64,000 nt of DNA from Mytilus californianus (taxonomy: Eukaryota): positions 1-64,000 of the forward strand of contig NW_026262743.1 in assembly GCF_021869535.1 (NCBI RefSeq), written 5' to 3'. Position 1 is the first letter of the stretch; every line of letters begins with the position of its first letter. The translations under genes and the position numbers were made by a program. Below, one piece after another: positions 50,399-63,456 of the stretch. Under the pieces are notes generated by a model that worked only from the letters and a program-made list of their open reading frames with translations, had not been told where the DNA came from and did no database searches.

Positions 50399-53324
50399 AT
50401 TTGTTCAAAAGGTGCTTTGTAAAAATTATAATTTGTACAAAACTTGACTAAAATTCTCTTATAACTTTTACAGTACAATGATAAATAATATGAACTTGGT
50501 TAAAATACATTAATGTACATTTTTATAGAATTTTTATTTAACGACCACATAATAAATCTTATTACAAAAATAAAAAAAAAGTTCTCTATCATTTGGTTGA
50601 GCCCGTGAGTGAACTATTGCATCGAAAATCGGAAACTCCACAAGTATAAATGTTGATCATTCTCTTCAAAACAGTTTTGGCATATTTCACATCAGCTATA
50701 AGCCCATTAGCATATTCTTGGTGAGCATATGGTTGTGCTTTGGTGTATTGTTCTTTACTAGTTTCAGAACTTCATGATAAATTTACCCTACTGATCAACA
50801 ATGCTGGTCATGTGGACACTGTTACATCAACTGATTAAATGACCAAAAGAGTGTTCACAAACACCTGGGATATATATCGTTGGTAACTTGATAAAACAAT
50901 TCACCCAAAAAGGATGAACAATTTAAAATGTATCACTGTTAAAAATATATAAAAGGACATCATTTCTTTCGTGATAAATTATCATATATTCATGTAAACA
51001 AATTTGTACAAGCATTTGTGGACAAACTACAATTTGTACAAAGTTAACATACAATTTATACAAAACGATAACTTGCTCAATAAGGGATGATGGGGAAAAC
51101 TGTGTTTGTTTACGTTTAGAAAATAAAAAAGAAAATGATTTAATTGTATGTTGTATACAATTGAATATTGACTTAATAATGTACACTCACAGTAATAAAA
51201 TCCACAAACGTGTTATTAAAGCAACTTAAAATACACCTGTGACGTATGTCTTTTGTTTAAACTCTCCATTATTTTTCAGGAATTAAGAGTTATTTTCTAT
51301 TGTTTATCTTCATTCATCTGGACGTTTTGCCCTTTGGATACTTCCATGGGCAATTTCTTGAAAAGTTTGCACCCATGGAAATAATTCTAAAGGACATAAA
51401 GCAATATTGAATGAAAATGAAAACTTACTTAAACGGCTGATACTTGACTTTTTTTAGGATGGATCGTAGTAATACAATGAACACTAAATATCTCATTATT
51501 AAAAACATCTTTAATTTGCGAGTCGTGATTCCATCGTATAAGATACAGTATAGTATCGAATTCACTAAAATTAAACAGCAATATCCGCATTTTGTTTTCC
51601 GATGCAAATTTTGGCTGAATTTCTGTCACAGATAGTATCCAAGCGGGTAAAAACGAATATTATTCATTGCGTGTCATTCCTCTTCTGTGCATCTACAAAA
51701 TATCAAGTAACTCAGTTGAATTATTTTGTAATATTGAACACATTAACTTATCCATTAATGAAAATTAGAGAAAAACTATATTTGAATTGTATCGTTTAAA
51801 TCCATTTACTTGAAATTTAAGGCTTCTGTGATATTTGGGCGTGGTTTTTATTCAATTTTTAACAGGAACGTAACATAATCAAATTCTTTCGGTGTTGTTG
51901 TGGTATGTCCAGTGGAAAATATTACAGTTATATCGGCAGTGCAAATGCCGTCGTTTATCACTTTAGTTAAAGACATACAAGACTAAAGTGTTACATACCT
52001 GGAAATTTATTCTAGTTGTACCATTTCATTCTCTTAGACGATTCTACAGCCAATATGGTATTTATCAAATGAAAAACACACATAATCCATTAACATATAC
52101 ATATACTGTTAAAGATTCACATGACATGTCAACTATCCATAGTCATTCAAGCGTGTAATGTAAGTCAAATTTTGTGTGTGAAGTTTTTAGGTCCATGATA
52201 CACGCACTAGCTGATGAAGTTGCATCGATACGTAATGTATAGCACCTTATATATCAACTCAAACTTAACCAGTCACTCAAACATGAAATGAAGGTCGTTG
52301 TGGGAACGCTCCTTATTATCAAAGATATATCAACCAATGACGTTTCATTTTTAAGTGATGTATAGTACCCTATGTGTAGACCGAAACCGAAACCTTAATG
52401 AGAATTTTCGGTTGCCGTGGATGTGTTACCTGTCCAAGATGTAATGATAAAATGGCATTGGAATGGATAAATTATATGGGAATTCAAATCCGTCCTAACC
52501 TTGTGAAATCCTATAAATCCTTGATTAAGAGCTCGAGACAAATCCAAGACATTTTCCTTTGGGAAATCATTAAATGTGTTTGCCATATATCGTTTCGTCA
52601 ATGGGAATGGTATCCATTCCAAAAGTATATTATATCCCAAGAAAATGTCAAAACAATTGTTCCACCGAATACTTCAAAATCTTGTTCAATGAAGCTCAAC
52701 TTCAATTTCTCAATCAACCGAATATCTCTGTTGTGGAGTGGAATCATTTTTTTTTTTTTTGTTTTTGTAAATAAAACGGTACTGCTGCTTTTAAATCTCC
52801 TGTTTGTGAAATTATTTTATATTAACCTATTTGTGTATCAATGTCACACCTGGATGGCTGTATGCGCGATATAAACTCATCTGCATCTCTTACCTGTATC
52901 ATATATGTATCTAAACAATACATTTGATATATAATGTTTTATTTTATTAACAAATCATAAAGTATTTTGTTTGTTTATTTATCATTCCACATTTTTGATA
53001 CAGATACAGAAAAAAATGGTACTTCAGGATTCGCACGTTGTATACACAGCTTATCATTACTATGACCCAATTCAATTTTAAAATGTTTGTGTATGTTTGC
53101 AGTGTAATTGTGAAAGATAATTGACTCATTTTGATGTTTGATTTAAAAAATTACTGAATAATTAATGAGAGCTTCTTTTAAAATCATAAGATTATTATGG
53201 AAATCTGAAAAACAAGACCCTTCAAATGTATTCTTCTCTGAATATTTCAATGATTTATTTCTATAAATTGTGAGATATAATGTAAGCAATATAATTCCCT
53301 GTAAACTGGAGTCGTGAGTTTTAA

Positions 53325-54001
53325 AGGGGCATAAGCTACGAGATATAAAGATAAAATTAGAAATGATTTTTTTTGTTTAATCATTAATGAAAGTGAAAAA
53401 GTGAAATAATTATTTGCTTTAAGCAGCCAGTTTGGTTCAATTTTGTCAAAACAAGTTTAGAAACTCATTTGCTAGCTAAGAAACATCGCTGATGAATTAT
53501 TCACATCATTGAATCCGTATTCATGTGACCTTAGTTAGAGATGGGTTACGCATGAATTAGACTTGTTAATTTTTAAGAGGAAAATAATATCAACATTGAA
53601 GGTGTAACAAGGGTAAACCATTTGATTGACTGATTCGATCCACAAAAACTCATTCTTATACAGGTGAAAATGATGATTAACATATGTTTGAACCTAAAAT
53701 ATGAAATCGAACAAACCTAGAAAAATCCAATTGTACGAGTTCGCTATCTATTTATTTTCATATTTATGTTTATAATATATGTATTATAATATGACAGTCT
53801 TCGGAGGTCACCTCGTTGGTTAATGGAGTCACATCTAGACTAAAATACACACGAAATGCTGATACACATTATGGAGCCATGCATTGTAATTTGTTTATTT
53901 TATACTTTTTATAATTTAGATATACATTGTAGTATGTTATAAATCAAATATGAGAATGTTAGTCAAATTGGTGAACATGAATTTGACAGCTAATGCCCCT
54001 T
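53325..54001. mobile_element. Kolobok-type non-autonomous DNA transposon (~0.68 kb)
   Basis: TTAA|AGGGGCATAAGCT ... AGCTAATGCCCCT(T)|TTAA. TTAA duplication with purine-purine termini, as established for Kolobok (piggyBac would begin CC). Confidence 0.7.
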
Positions 54002-54099
54002 TTAACTTATTTTGTCATATTTTTCATATGATATTTTTTTTTAGAAAAGCCATTTATCTTTAATCATATTAAGTGTACATGTAAATTACCCTTTTTCAG

Positions 54100-54393
54100 A
54101 ATTGCACCTTACTCTAGAAACAGCCATTACTATTAACAATTCTGTTATATTGAGATGCATGGGTGATGAAAGCAACGAATCTTGGTATCTTTGGAAAGGA
54201 GATACTCTTTTGATTGACGATGGATCTGTGAATAGTGAATACAGCCATGACGGAATCCAAACAAACCACACAATGCACAACATGTATATAGAATTTAGAT
54301 CATTTAGTCAAGTCTATTTGGATGTTTATAGATGTGCACGTGAGACAGGAGCTACCTCAAACAGTCTTGACGTCAATGATATATTCAATAGAG
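54100..54393 (+). CDS. Exon: Ig-like domain 1
   Basis: CTTTTTCAG|AA TTG ... AGA G|GTAAG, 294 nt, phase 1-1. Reads SVILRC...SWYLWKG...LDVYRCA (Cys-Trp-Tyr-x-Cys Ig pattern). Confidence 0.85.
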
Positions 54394-57300
54394 GTAAGAT
54401 GAAGATTGTTTTCGTCATATTGTATGTAATCTTAGGTAAGCAGACATCGGTATCGTATTTATCTTTTTCAATCATTCTTTGCTGTGAATTTTAACTTCCC
54501 ATTTCAATATTCTCAAACTTTGCATACTATAATTTTTAAAAATATTATTAAACGTTTGAATTTTCAGAGTGCATTGATGCTGTCGAAATATTATTTCAGA
54601 GAACGTTTACTCCAGGTGTTTGTTTTATAACACTTTGCTATCTAAATTGAAAACGTGTTTACTTTCGTGAAATAGACAGATATGAAAACACAAAGCTATT
54701 TTCCATTTGACCGCATGAGTGAAAAAATAATACTTGTGCAAAATTTTTAAGCCAACTGAACCGCAGCATTTATATTTTTCTTCAATCTTGCAACATCCAA
54801 TCACTAGCCTCTTGTTTACATAGTAGAGCATATATGGTGAAATTAAGGTCTTTGTTAGTTTGATCAGATCTTCAGAGTTTGTATGATTTTGGTACTGTAA
54901 ATTCAGAAATTAATGCGAGGTTTTTATTAATGCGAATAATGCGACTGAAAGAGTATCGCATTAATAAGAACTCGCATTCTTATATCTGATACATATAACT
55001 GTATGTACATTTTTCTGAAATCGCAATAATTAATCTCGCATTTTAGTCCTTTCAACAAAATTCGCAATAATAAATGCACGCAATAATTTCTGAATTTACA
55101 GTATTCAAACATTTTGGTTTCGAGAATGCCTGCATATACATTTATTGTCGGAATCTATTATCTGGTGTAATAAAATTGCTAACGCTAATGTTATTAAATA
55201 CAATCATAACTTCTACAGACTTGCCACAATAAAGAGCTTGACATATTGTTAAGACATTTGTCTATTGATGAATATTGGACGTTGCCCTCTAGATGTCTGT
55301 TTCTTATTTTTGTGTAAGGGTTTCTGGCTACTCGACGCATACATATTTTTCTTTATATTCATTTTTTTTTTTAAACTTTTATCGAGATTGATTTTTCTGT
55401 CCTTTAATACCTGATCATCTCTGTATAAGAAGAATAAGAGTTGATGTTACCAAAGCTTTGGACAGATTTAACGTATCAGATAGATGAGAACAGGGCGACA
55501 ATCTTAAGCTTTTCATTGATGCGAATACATTTGGGGTTGGGCTGTGTAAGAATTCTCAACCTTACGTTTAAAGCTCGGGAATCTATTGGTTACCAGTTGC
55601 AATGTTGTGTCCGTAGCATGCATATAATTGAATTGACTAATGCTTAATACTTCAGTTTAATTAAATTTGTCTTGATCATTTTAGAACCAGAAATAAAATG
55701 TAAAAATGTCAGTGCTGCTATAGGAGCAAAAAATGTTAGTTTGCAATGCACTTTCGAGTTCCCTGGAATAACATGTGGAAGTAACATCTTTTGGGAAAAT
55801 GGAATCACAGGAGAAACGATTAACACAACTGAAGGATTTTATGAAGTAGTTTGTAAGGTACGTGTGTTTAAGCTTTATAATTGTAGATAAACAAAGGACA
55901 CGTAATACAAATGATACTACAACAACAGACATTATAATATTTTCATTAGTATAAGAATATCAGCTGTAAATACAACTATCCTTTAAACAAAAAGTAACAC
56001 AGTTTTCCTAAACCTACATTACATCATCATGTCGTTCAAAGAAGAACAGGACAACACCGAAAAATCATTTGCACTTAACTCACAAATTCCATTATCCGAA
56101 ATATGACCTTTGCTGGTAGGCGACAATAATATCAAGCATCTTCAAATAGTTTAATACCTTTCAATTTACATTTCAGATTCGGTTACGACTTTGCATATTC
56201 ACTATATCTAAATACCCAGCAAAACATGTTAAGTCTAGATAGCATCTATCATCTGTGTTCACACTGTCTATATCAACTTTGTAAATATGGAAATCTTTCA
56301 ACAGCAACGGATACAGGCATGATAGACTCAATAACTCTGTAAATTGAAGATGTCTCTTAAGGTCAGGCGATTGTACCGATATGTACCGTTTATTTGTTCC
56401 GTTTTTTTTTTTAGTTACACGACAATTGACCTAGATAATAGATTAAAGGGGGGTAATGTGCGCATGTTAATTAAGGTTCCAACTCCCTTAGACAAAGTAA
56501 TTCTCAGATGAATTTGGCAATTTTGCAGTTCCTATTGATCGTATAGGTTTCTATGTTTTACTGTTTTAGTTCTATACATCATCGACTTTCAACTGTTTGT
56601 GTTTTAGCATTCAAGGTAAAGGAAAGTAAACCAAGAAATGGACAGGTTTAAAAGCAAATTAGATATTATTGTTATATACATATGCACATGTATGGATCTA
56701 CAATCTGTCGATACCTGTATCTTGGCATTACACAAGGTCATGTTTTTCTCTGACTGTTTATGACGTCTTTACACTAATTATATAAATCCATTGGATGTGG
56801 GATGAGTACTGATTGATAAGTTAGTCTTAGATGCATGATTTTTTTTTATTAGTTGTTAGTGGCTTTGAACTAGCTGTCAGTAATTCCGAGTACTCTCAGA
56901 TCTCTTCTTAGTGTCTTTTTGTTGTTGGGATGTACAAGTACCCGGCCACGTCCACTCTGTGTTTTTGTTAGATGTATTTCTATTTGTATCCATCTGATGA
57001 CTTAAGCCTTTTTCAACTGGTTTTTATAGTTCGTTCTTATGTTGTACTGTTACACCACTGTCCCAGGTTAGGGGAGGGTTAGAATCCCGCTAACATGTTT
57101 AGCCCGCCACATTCTGTATGTATGTGCCTGTCCCAAGTCAGGAGCCTGTAACTCAGTGTTTGTCGTTTGTTGCTGTGTTACATATTTGTTTTTCGTTCAT
57201 TTTTTGTACATAAATTAGGTCGTTAGTTTTCTCGTTTGAATTGTTTTACATTCATTTCGGGGCCTTTTATAGCTGACTATTCGGTATGGGCTTTGCTCAT

Positions 57301-60300
57301 TGTTGAAGGCCATAGGGTGACCTATAGTTCTTACTTCCTGTGTCATTTGGTCTCTTGTGAAGAGTTGTCTCATTGGCAATCATATCACATCTTCTTTTTT
57401 TATAATTATTTACCATGTGTGCATCACATTCTTCATGTGGCAAGTCATACTATCCACACCGTGTGTTGTTCGTTTTTCCATTTGTCAGGTCTTTGCTGAT
57501 CAAAACTCAATTATTGCATTTAATTTTCTTGTTTCCTCTGATATTGCTATTGTGACGACAAAAACAAAGTTGCCATGTCTAATAATATCTGAATTGAAGA
57601 TTATTTAAAACGAACGTATTGCAACACATCTTCTTTAAATCACGAGAAAAACAAAACAGATAAAACTTCTAAGTTTTGCACAATAAATTTGTCGCCATTC
57701 CTGAACAATAAGCCCCAAACGCGATCTCGCGTTTCATTTTATAAAAACCAACTGTCTAGAAAGGAAATTTATGGTATCACACTAGATGATGCAGTGGTAA
57801 AATACATATATAGCACCACATAACACACACACAGACACACACACACACATCTATTCGAGTGTGGATTAATCAGTACAAATATTAATTCAATTATTCAGAT
57901 ACAATTTTGAATTGCCTACCAATGTAATTGTTACACACTCATGACACTGTCTAGGATGTGAATGAATTTTGAATTATTATGAATATTTACTATGCGATAT
58001 AAAAAAAAACGCAACATTTCGGTGGGCAAATTATCTTCATCGTGATTACATCTATCCAGGTTAAATCGGATGCAAACAAATGTTTGCTGCTCATTGACAT
58101 TGTGGTCGAAATAATTTAGTTTTGCTGTGTAAAATATGAATGACCTCCAGGTTCTTAAGTATGGATCTAATAGATCTAGACAATTTATCTTTTCCTTCTC
58201 TACGTGATGTCCAACTCAGTGTTCACTTCTTTAATTTGTACAGTAACTTTATCAAATGTATGTTTCTCTGAGCAAACATGTTTTGTGAGGGATAGTTTTT
58301 GCTAGATATATACATACATAATACTAGACACTATGACTGTTATGTCTTACATTTACAATTATTATATTTTTTATATCCCCCTTTGGCCTCATTTACTCCT
58401 GGGTAAATGTTTGGATTTCCACTTTAATGTCTGAGTTAGAGCAGACAATTACTCATTTTATCATAAAATAGTTTTCTTCTTAAACATCTTTCTAATTATT
58501 TTTTCAACAGGCTGGTGTAAATGATTCCTTCGTTACAGTTTCTTTGAATATTAAAACAGTTACCGATGAAGTTTTAAAAACAGAATATGTTATAGTATAT
58601 GTCAACAGACACCAGACGATTAAATGTTACCGGGTTTTTTTAAATCAAGGTAGAGAATAAATACTGTTGTACTATACATGTAGAACTTAATATTTACTGT
58701 ATACATCTTTGCAAAATCATAAGTTAAACTTCAAATATATATTTGATCAATCTTTGACACAGTGCCTTTAATCAATGAAAAGTAACAGGCAACAACAAAA
58801 GATGTGTTTACTTTGCAATTACTATAAAATTTAAAAACGCACTGAAGTAATGTAAGTAAACTTGAAGGAATAGGAAATACAAATAGTCCATTATGATTTG
58901 TCTTTTTATGTTAATGCTTAAACATCATATTGAACTGTTAAAGCAATATAATAGATATAGGTACAATACAAAATGGTATTGCACGAAAATTAGACAATCA
59001 ATTTGTAATTTTGTTCAAAATTATATCATTATCGGTCACAAGCACAATCATGTCCTCTTTTCTTCGATATTGAAATCAACAAATACGATGTATTACTACA
59101 CTTTACCTATACATATAGGTGAACGACGCATGCCACTACAGTTACTGCTTACCATTCTTAACCATAATCCCTGTTTTGGTGAACTCGCTTTGTCCACCTT
59201 TAGTTTTTTTTTATGAAGTGTATATTGGTTTATTGTCTTTATATTGTTTTGAGCTCAATTGCCCTTTCAGAGCTATGTGAGCTTTTGACATCACGTGGCG
59301 TCCTTCGACGTCATTTGCTTTTTGTAATCAATTTTCTGTTACATATGTGAAACCATACGACTTGTATTGACTAAAGCTGCCAAATATGTTGTAGTGGGTG
59401 GCTATTTCACAAGTTTTGTTGATTATGCAATCAGTACAAAAATGACCCCCTTGTGCTTTGGTACAGAAAACATTATCAAGGTAACATGCAAGTTATTGTT
59501 TGATATTTTGGAAACTTTTTTACATAAAACTGGGAGATTCAAAGTGTCAAGACCAACGTTTTTTATATAAAATTGTCAAAAACTCCTTATTGGTATAATA
59601 CCTCTTATATGACGATTTTCGCCATTTTTGCAATACTGCCGATTGTCTTGAAAACTAAATCTGTTTATAGTCAACATGACCTTAATTGTCAGTTAATTCC
59701 TACTTGGACCTTTTTGACCTTCAATTACATTGTATATTGATTACCCTTTATACTACTTACTGGGAAAAAACATTTTCAGAAATTCTATTCTTTGAAACCA
59801 CAACACTGAATTACTTGAAAGCTGGCAATACTGGTGTATGGGATATCTCCTACAAACAATCCTCAAAATAATTTCGTTCTTATGAGAGAGAAAAAACTTG
59901 GCTGCGAAAAGAAAATACTGTCGTTATTGGATTATTTAAAACCTAAAGCAATTAAACTAATTGGGTAACACTGATACATATTGACCTTTATACCTTAAAA
60001 TTTAGAAAAACAATTTCCAACTCATTTTGGAAGTATATTTCCTAAATGACAATAGTTTTTAGCAAATATTGCAGTTTTTAAACTATAATATTAAACACAA
60101 TTATAAAAACATGTAACTTCTTAGAAAGAATGAAAGGAAGAAAACACTATCTTTAAACATCACGTTCTTTTGGATAAATGATGTTCGTTCACTAAATTAA
60201 TCAAAATTTTGTGGCTTTGATGAACGCATCTATTCCATAGAATTTGACGAAATTGATTCAACAGATACAGTCATCCTTCCGGAGCACCTGATATCTCTCC

Positions 60301-63239
60301 CTTGTTGATATGTCGTTAGTTTTGTATGGTGTGTTTTATAGTCTGTTGTTTGTCGATTTCCCCTTCTTTTGTCATGGGTTGTCAGTTTGTCGTCGACTTA
60401 TTAGTTTGAATTTCTCTTTCGTATCTCCTGCCTTTATTCTATATATTGACAGAAACCGTAAAATTATTGCCTTTTTTGTTTTGCTGAAAATATAGCCATG
60501 GATATAATGACTTCTTCGAGTTTCTATTTTATACCATTTTGTACTTTTTTCAGATTATTCAAGGAACAATTCAGACGTCTCTGAATTGCTGATCACTATA
60601 GGAATCATTGCAGGATTTTTCATACCTATCGCCATATTAGTAATGATCATGTCAATTATGAAAAAAGTTGGAATTTTAAAATGTACAGGTAAGCTTTATT
60701 AAAACATGTTAAAATACCACGTTTGGGATCGCAGCATACTGTTATACAATGGTGTCTTCGAATCAGTATCGGCGATGTTTCATGACCACTAACGTCTGCC
60801 TGTCTTTTAGGTTAAAGTTTTGGTTTAATCTAGTTAACTATGGTAACATCCTCTTGAAAATGTTACACATGTTCATTGTCCAACTTTCTTTAATTAAATA
60901 TATTATTATATTAGCAGTCATTGTCATTTTCTACCTTCACCTTCACAAGAAACTGAAAACCAATCTAAGTTCACATTTTATTAGATAGATGATGTTAATT
61001 CACTAAATTAATCAAAGTTTGGTGGCTATGATAAACCCAATCATTCCATCGAACTTTAAACAATGGGACAACAGATACAGTTATGCTTCCGGAGCACCTG
61101 GGATATATCCCTTTTTTTAGTGGGGTTCTTGTTGATAATTTTTTATTTTTCTTTGTAGTGTTTTGTAAACTGTTGATGGCCATACGGTGACCTATCGTTC
61201 TTAACTTCTATGCCATGTGGTCTCTGGTAGAGAGTTGTCTTATTTGCAATTCCACCAAATATTCTTATTTTTATATTTACGACAAATTGTCGTTCTCTAT
61301 TGTTAATTTTCCATGTTCTGAACAATTTTATTCTTATGTTGACAAAACGCACGTCCGGCGTACTAAATTTAAAGTCTGGTATCTTTGATGAGTTGATATT
61401 CCTTTGACCACTTCTTGCGGTGAGTAATGTTCGCAACTTGTTCGCTCTGTTCGTGTTTGTAATGACGTTTTAGATTTAAATGTACGTATGATCTATGTAT
61501 GACTGGTACATTATTTAGCAAGAGATTTTGTATCTACAAATTACTAACAATTGTTCTTAAATTCTTACATTGACACATAGATTTGTTTTCAAAATTTTGT
61601 TGTACCTTTAAAATTATAATTCCCAACGGTGTATCACATCCTCATTTTAATGGTAATATTCTTTATAACGAACGCACATGTGTGTACGATCCATGTACAC
61701 TCATAGATCTTAATTATAATTTTTTTTTCATAAAGAATATTTATAACGTAGCCATCCCTTTTGATATTGATTTAATCAGTACTGTTATTGAAAAACAACA
61801 TAACTAAATATATAAAGCAATACGATTATGAATATGTAGGGTTTTACGTCTTGTTTATATAATGTGCCCATTTTATAAGGTCTTGCTTTTCTCAGTCTTG
61901 CTATGACGTTCTTGCACTAAATCCGTTGGATTAATACTAATTGATACTTAAGCCTAGAATAACATGATCTATGTATAAGTTATTATGGGCCTATTATGTA
62001 TAATTTATCATACCACATCTTCTTATATTTATTTGAATTAGCTTACAAATAACGTGAGTGGATCTAAGTATTTTGTTTCATTTGTATGTATGTTAGTTGA
62101 TGATGTGCCTCGTTCGGAGCTTAAGAATTTTAGAATTGGTTCTGATGTTGTAAAGTTGCATCACTGTTCTAGTTAGGGAAGGGTTGAGTCTGTCTCGAAT
62201 AAGAAGCCTATAATTCAGTGGTTGTCGTTGATTGCTGTCTACCATATTTGTTTTTCGTTTATTGTTTTGTCATAAGTAAGATCTTTTGTTTTCGTTTTCG
62301 TTTGAAATGTGTCGCATTTCGTCGCTTTGGAGCCTTATATAGCTGGGTACACAAAAGGGGTTTCGCTCTTCGTTGAAGGCTGTACGGTGACCGCTTTATG
62401 CCAAAATCAACATCATTTAGACTTTGGTGGATAGGTATTTCAATTGGAAGCATACTACGATTATATGGCTCATTGATCAATTTAAAGTTTTGGTTTACGG
62501 CAGTTCAGCAAGAAGTTGTTGTCACACCATCATGAAAGTTAGTCCATATGCAGAACGTTTTAAGATTGAAAAATCATCATAATATGTAGGTGAATCCGAA
62601 AAAGTGCTTCAGATGAACAGGAAAGTGTTATTTCCCTCTTGTAGCACTGAACCAAAACTACTAATAGTATACTACTGGTTCCGGAGATTACCATTCAGTC
62701 ATTAGTTGCAAATCTCTGACATGATTAATACCATACCTTTCTTAAATTCTCCGTTGTTAAAATTAAGAATAATTTTGAAACTCCCCCAATCAAAATTGAC
62801 CTTGAATAGATTATACTGTACTTTAAATTGCTACAATGTATCACCTAAAGAAATAATGTATGTTTACCTTCTTGGCCTAAATAATAAACAAAATGCGCTA
62901 TGGGTGCACTAACTTAATATTTTCATATCTGCCTGTCTGACAACAGTCACTTGATCTTCCATCAATAACTAAATTAATTTAAGATATGTTGTGTTTCACA
63001 GGGTTTTCAAAGCCTTGTTTCTTAGTTCTAATTTGATCTCTGACTTTCTACAATAAATATTATATGAATGTGTTCATTCATGGTTCTATTATGAGTTTAA
63101 CAGTAAGATTGTTTTCTGTTTAATTGGCAAAATGCATACAACTGGATACTCGTTTTTTAAGCAGCTTAGTTTTTACTTATTTTGTATGATTTTAGGTAAA
63201 ATAGATTTCTCACCAGATAACTCGAGACCATTCCTTTAA
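54100..63239 (+). CDS. Spliced gene (5' end missing): single-pass membrane protein with two Ig-like domains and a short cytoplasmic tail
   Basis: Five exons with canonical AG/GT sites and matching phases (1-1, 1-0, 0-1, 1-1, 1-stop) splice into a stop-free ~260-aa frame. Eight N-x-S/T sequons precede one hydrophobic helix. Confidence 0.8.
54895..55101. mobile_element. Tc1/mariner-type MITE, 207 bp, intronic
   Basis: TA|CTGTAAATTCAGAAATTAATGCG ... CGCAATAATTTCTGAATTTACAG|TA. 23-bp TIR with one mismatch. Confidence 0.85.
55685..55857 (+). CDS. Exon: first half of Ig-like domain 2
   Basis: ATTTTAG|AA CCA ... TGT AAG|GTACGT, 173 nt. Reads EPEIKCKNVSAAIGAKNVSLQCTF...NIFWENG...VVCK. Confidence 0.8.
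56750..57400 (+). mobile_element. Longest copy of the abundant SINE-like repeat family, intronic
   Basis: Contains CCCAAGTCAGGAGCCTGTAA...GTTGAAGGCC...GAGTTGTCTCATTGGCAATCATATCACATCTTCTTTTTTT, the reverse complement of the 4399-4745 type. Confidence 0.7.
57822..57850. repeat. (CA)n-type microsatellite
   Basis: ACACACACACAGACACACACACACACA. Confidence 0.9.
58511..58649 (+). CDS. Exon: second half of Ig-like domain 2
   Basis: TTTTCAACAG|GCT ... CAA G|GTAGAG, 139 nt, phase 0-1. Reads AGVNDSFVTVSLNIKTVTDEVLKTEYVIVYVNRHQTIKCYRVFLNQ. Confidence 0.75.
60554..60688 (+). CDS. Exon: transmembrane helix
   Basis: CTTTTTTCAG|AT TAT ... ACA G|GTAAG, 135 nt, phase 1-1. Reads DYSRNNSDVSELLITIGIIAGFFIPIAILVMIMSIMKKVGILKCT (hydrophobic run followed by KK). 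Confidence 0.85.
63196..63239 (+). CDS. Probable last coding exon: short cytoplasmic tail
   Basis: GATTTTAG|GT AAA ATA GAT TTC TCA CCA GAT AAC TCG AGA CCA TTC CTT TAA CAT|GTAAGT. Reads GKIDFSPDNSRPFL*. Confidence 0.55.
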
Positions 63240-63456
63240 CATGTAAGTAATGGTATAATTTTATGAAGAAAAAATGGTAAAACATATGAAAATTTGACAA
63301 ATCATGATCAAACAAGCAATTGTATTTAAAAGGAAATCAGTATAACATCTTTGGTGACTTTCACATAACAAAACGTCACTTACAAATAATAGCCATATAA
63401 GCAACTGTGGCAACTTTGATAATATGTATATAACATTAACGGTAACTTATGTTCTG

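Noticed and set aside
51280-51410. Candidate signal-peptide exon (IKSYFLLFIFIHLDVLPFGYFHG) for the Ig gene
   Set aside because: Good acceptor and hydrophobic, but I found no phase-1 donor or start codon linking it to 54100.
49022-52748. Inverted pair as the TIRs of a 3.7-kb transposon
   Set aside because: The right copy ends in a poly-T run while the left continues. No target duplication or defined termini.
56177-56361. Candidate extra Ig exon after TTTCAG
   Set aside because: All three frames hit stops. The 55857->58511 join is already in phase.
62590-62705. Candidate cytoplasmic exon after ATGTAG
   Set aside because: Weak polypyrimidine tract and no informative peptide.
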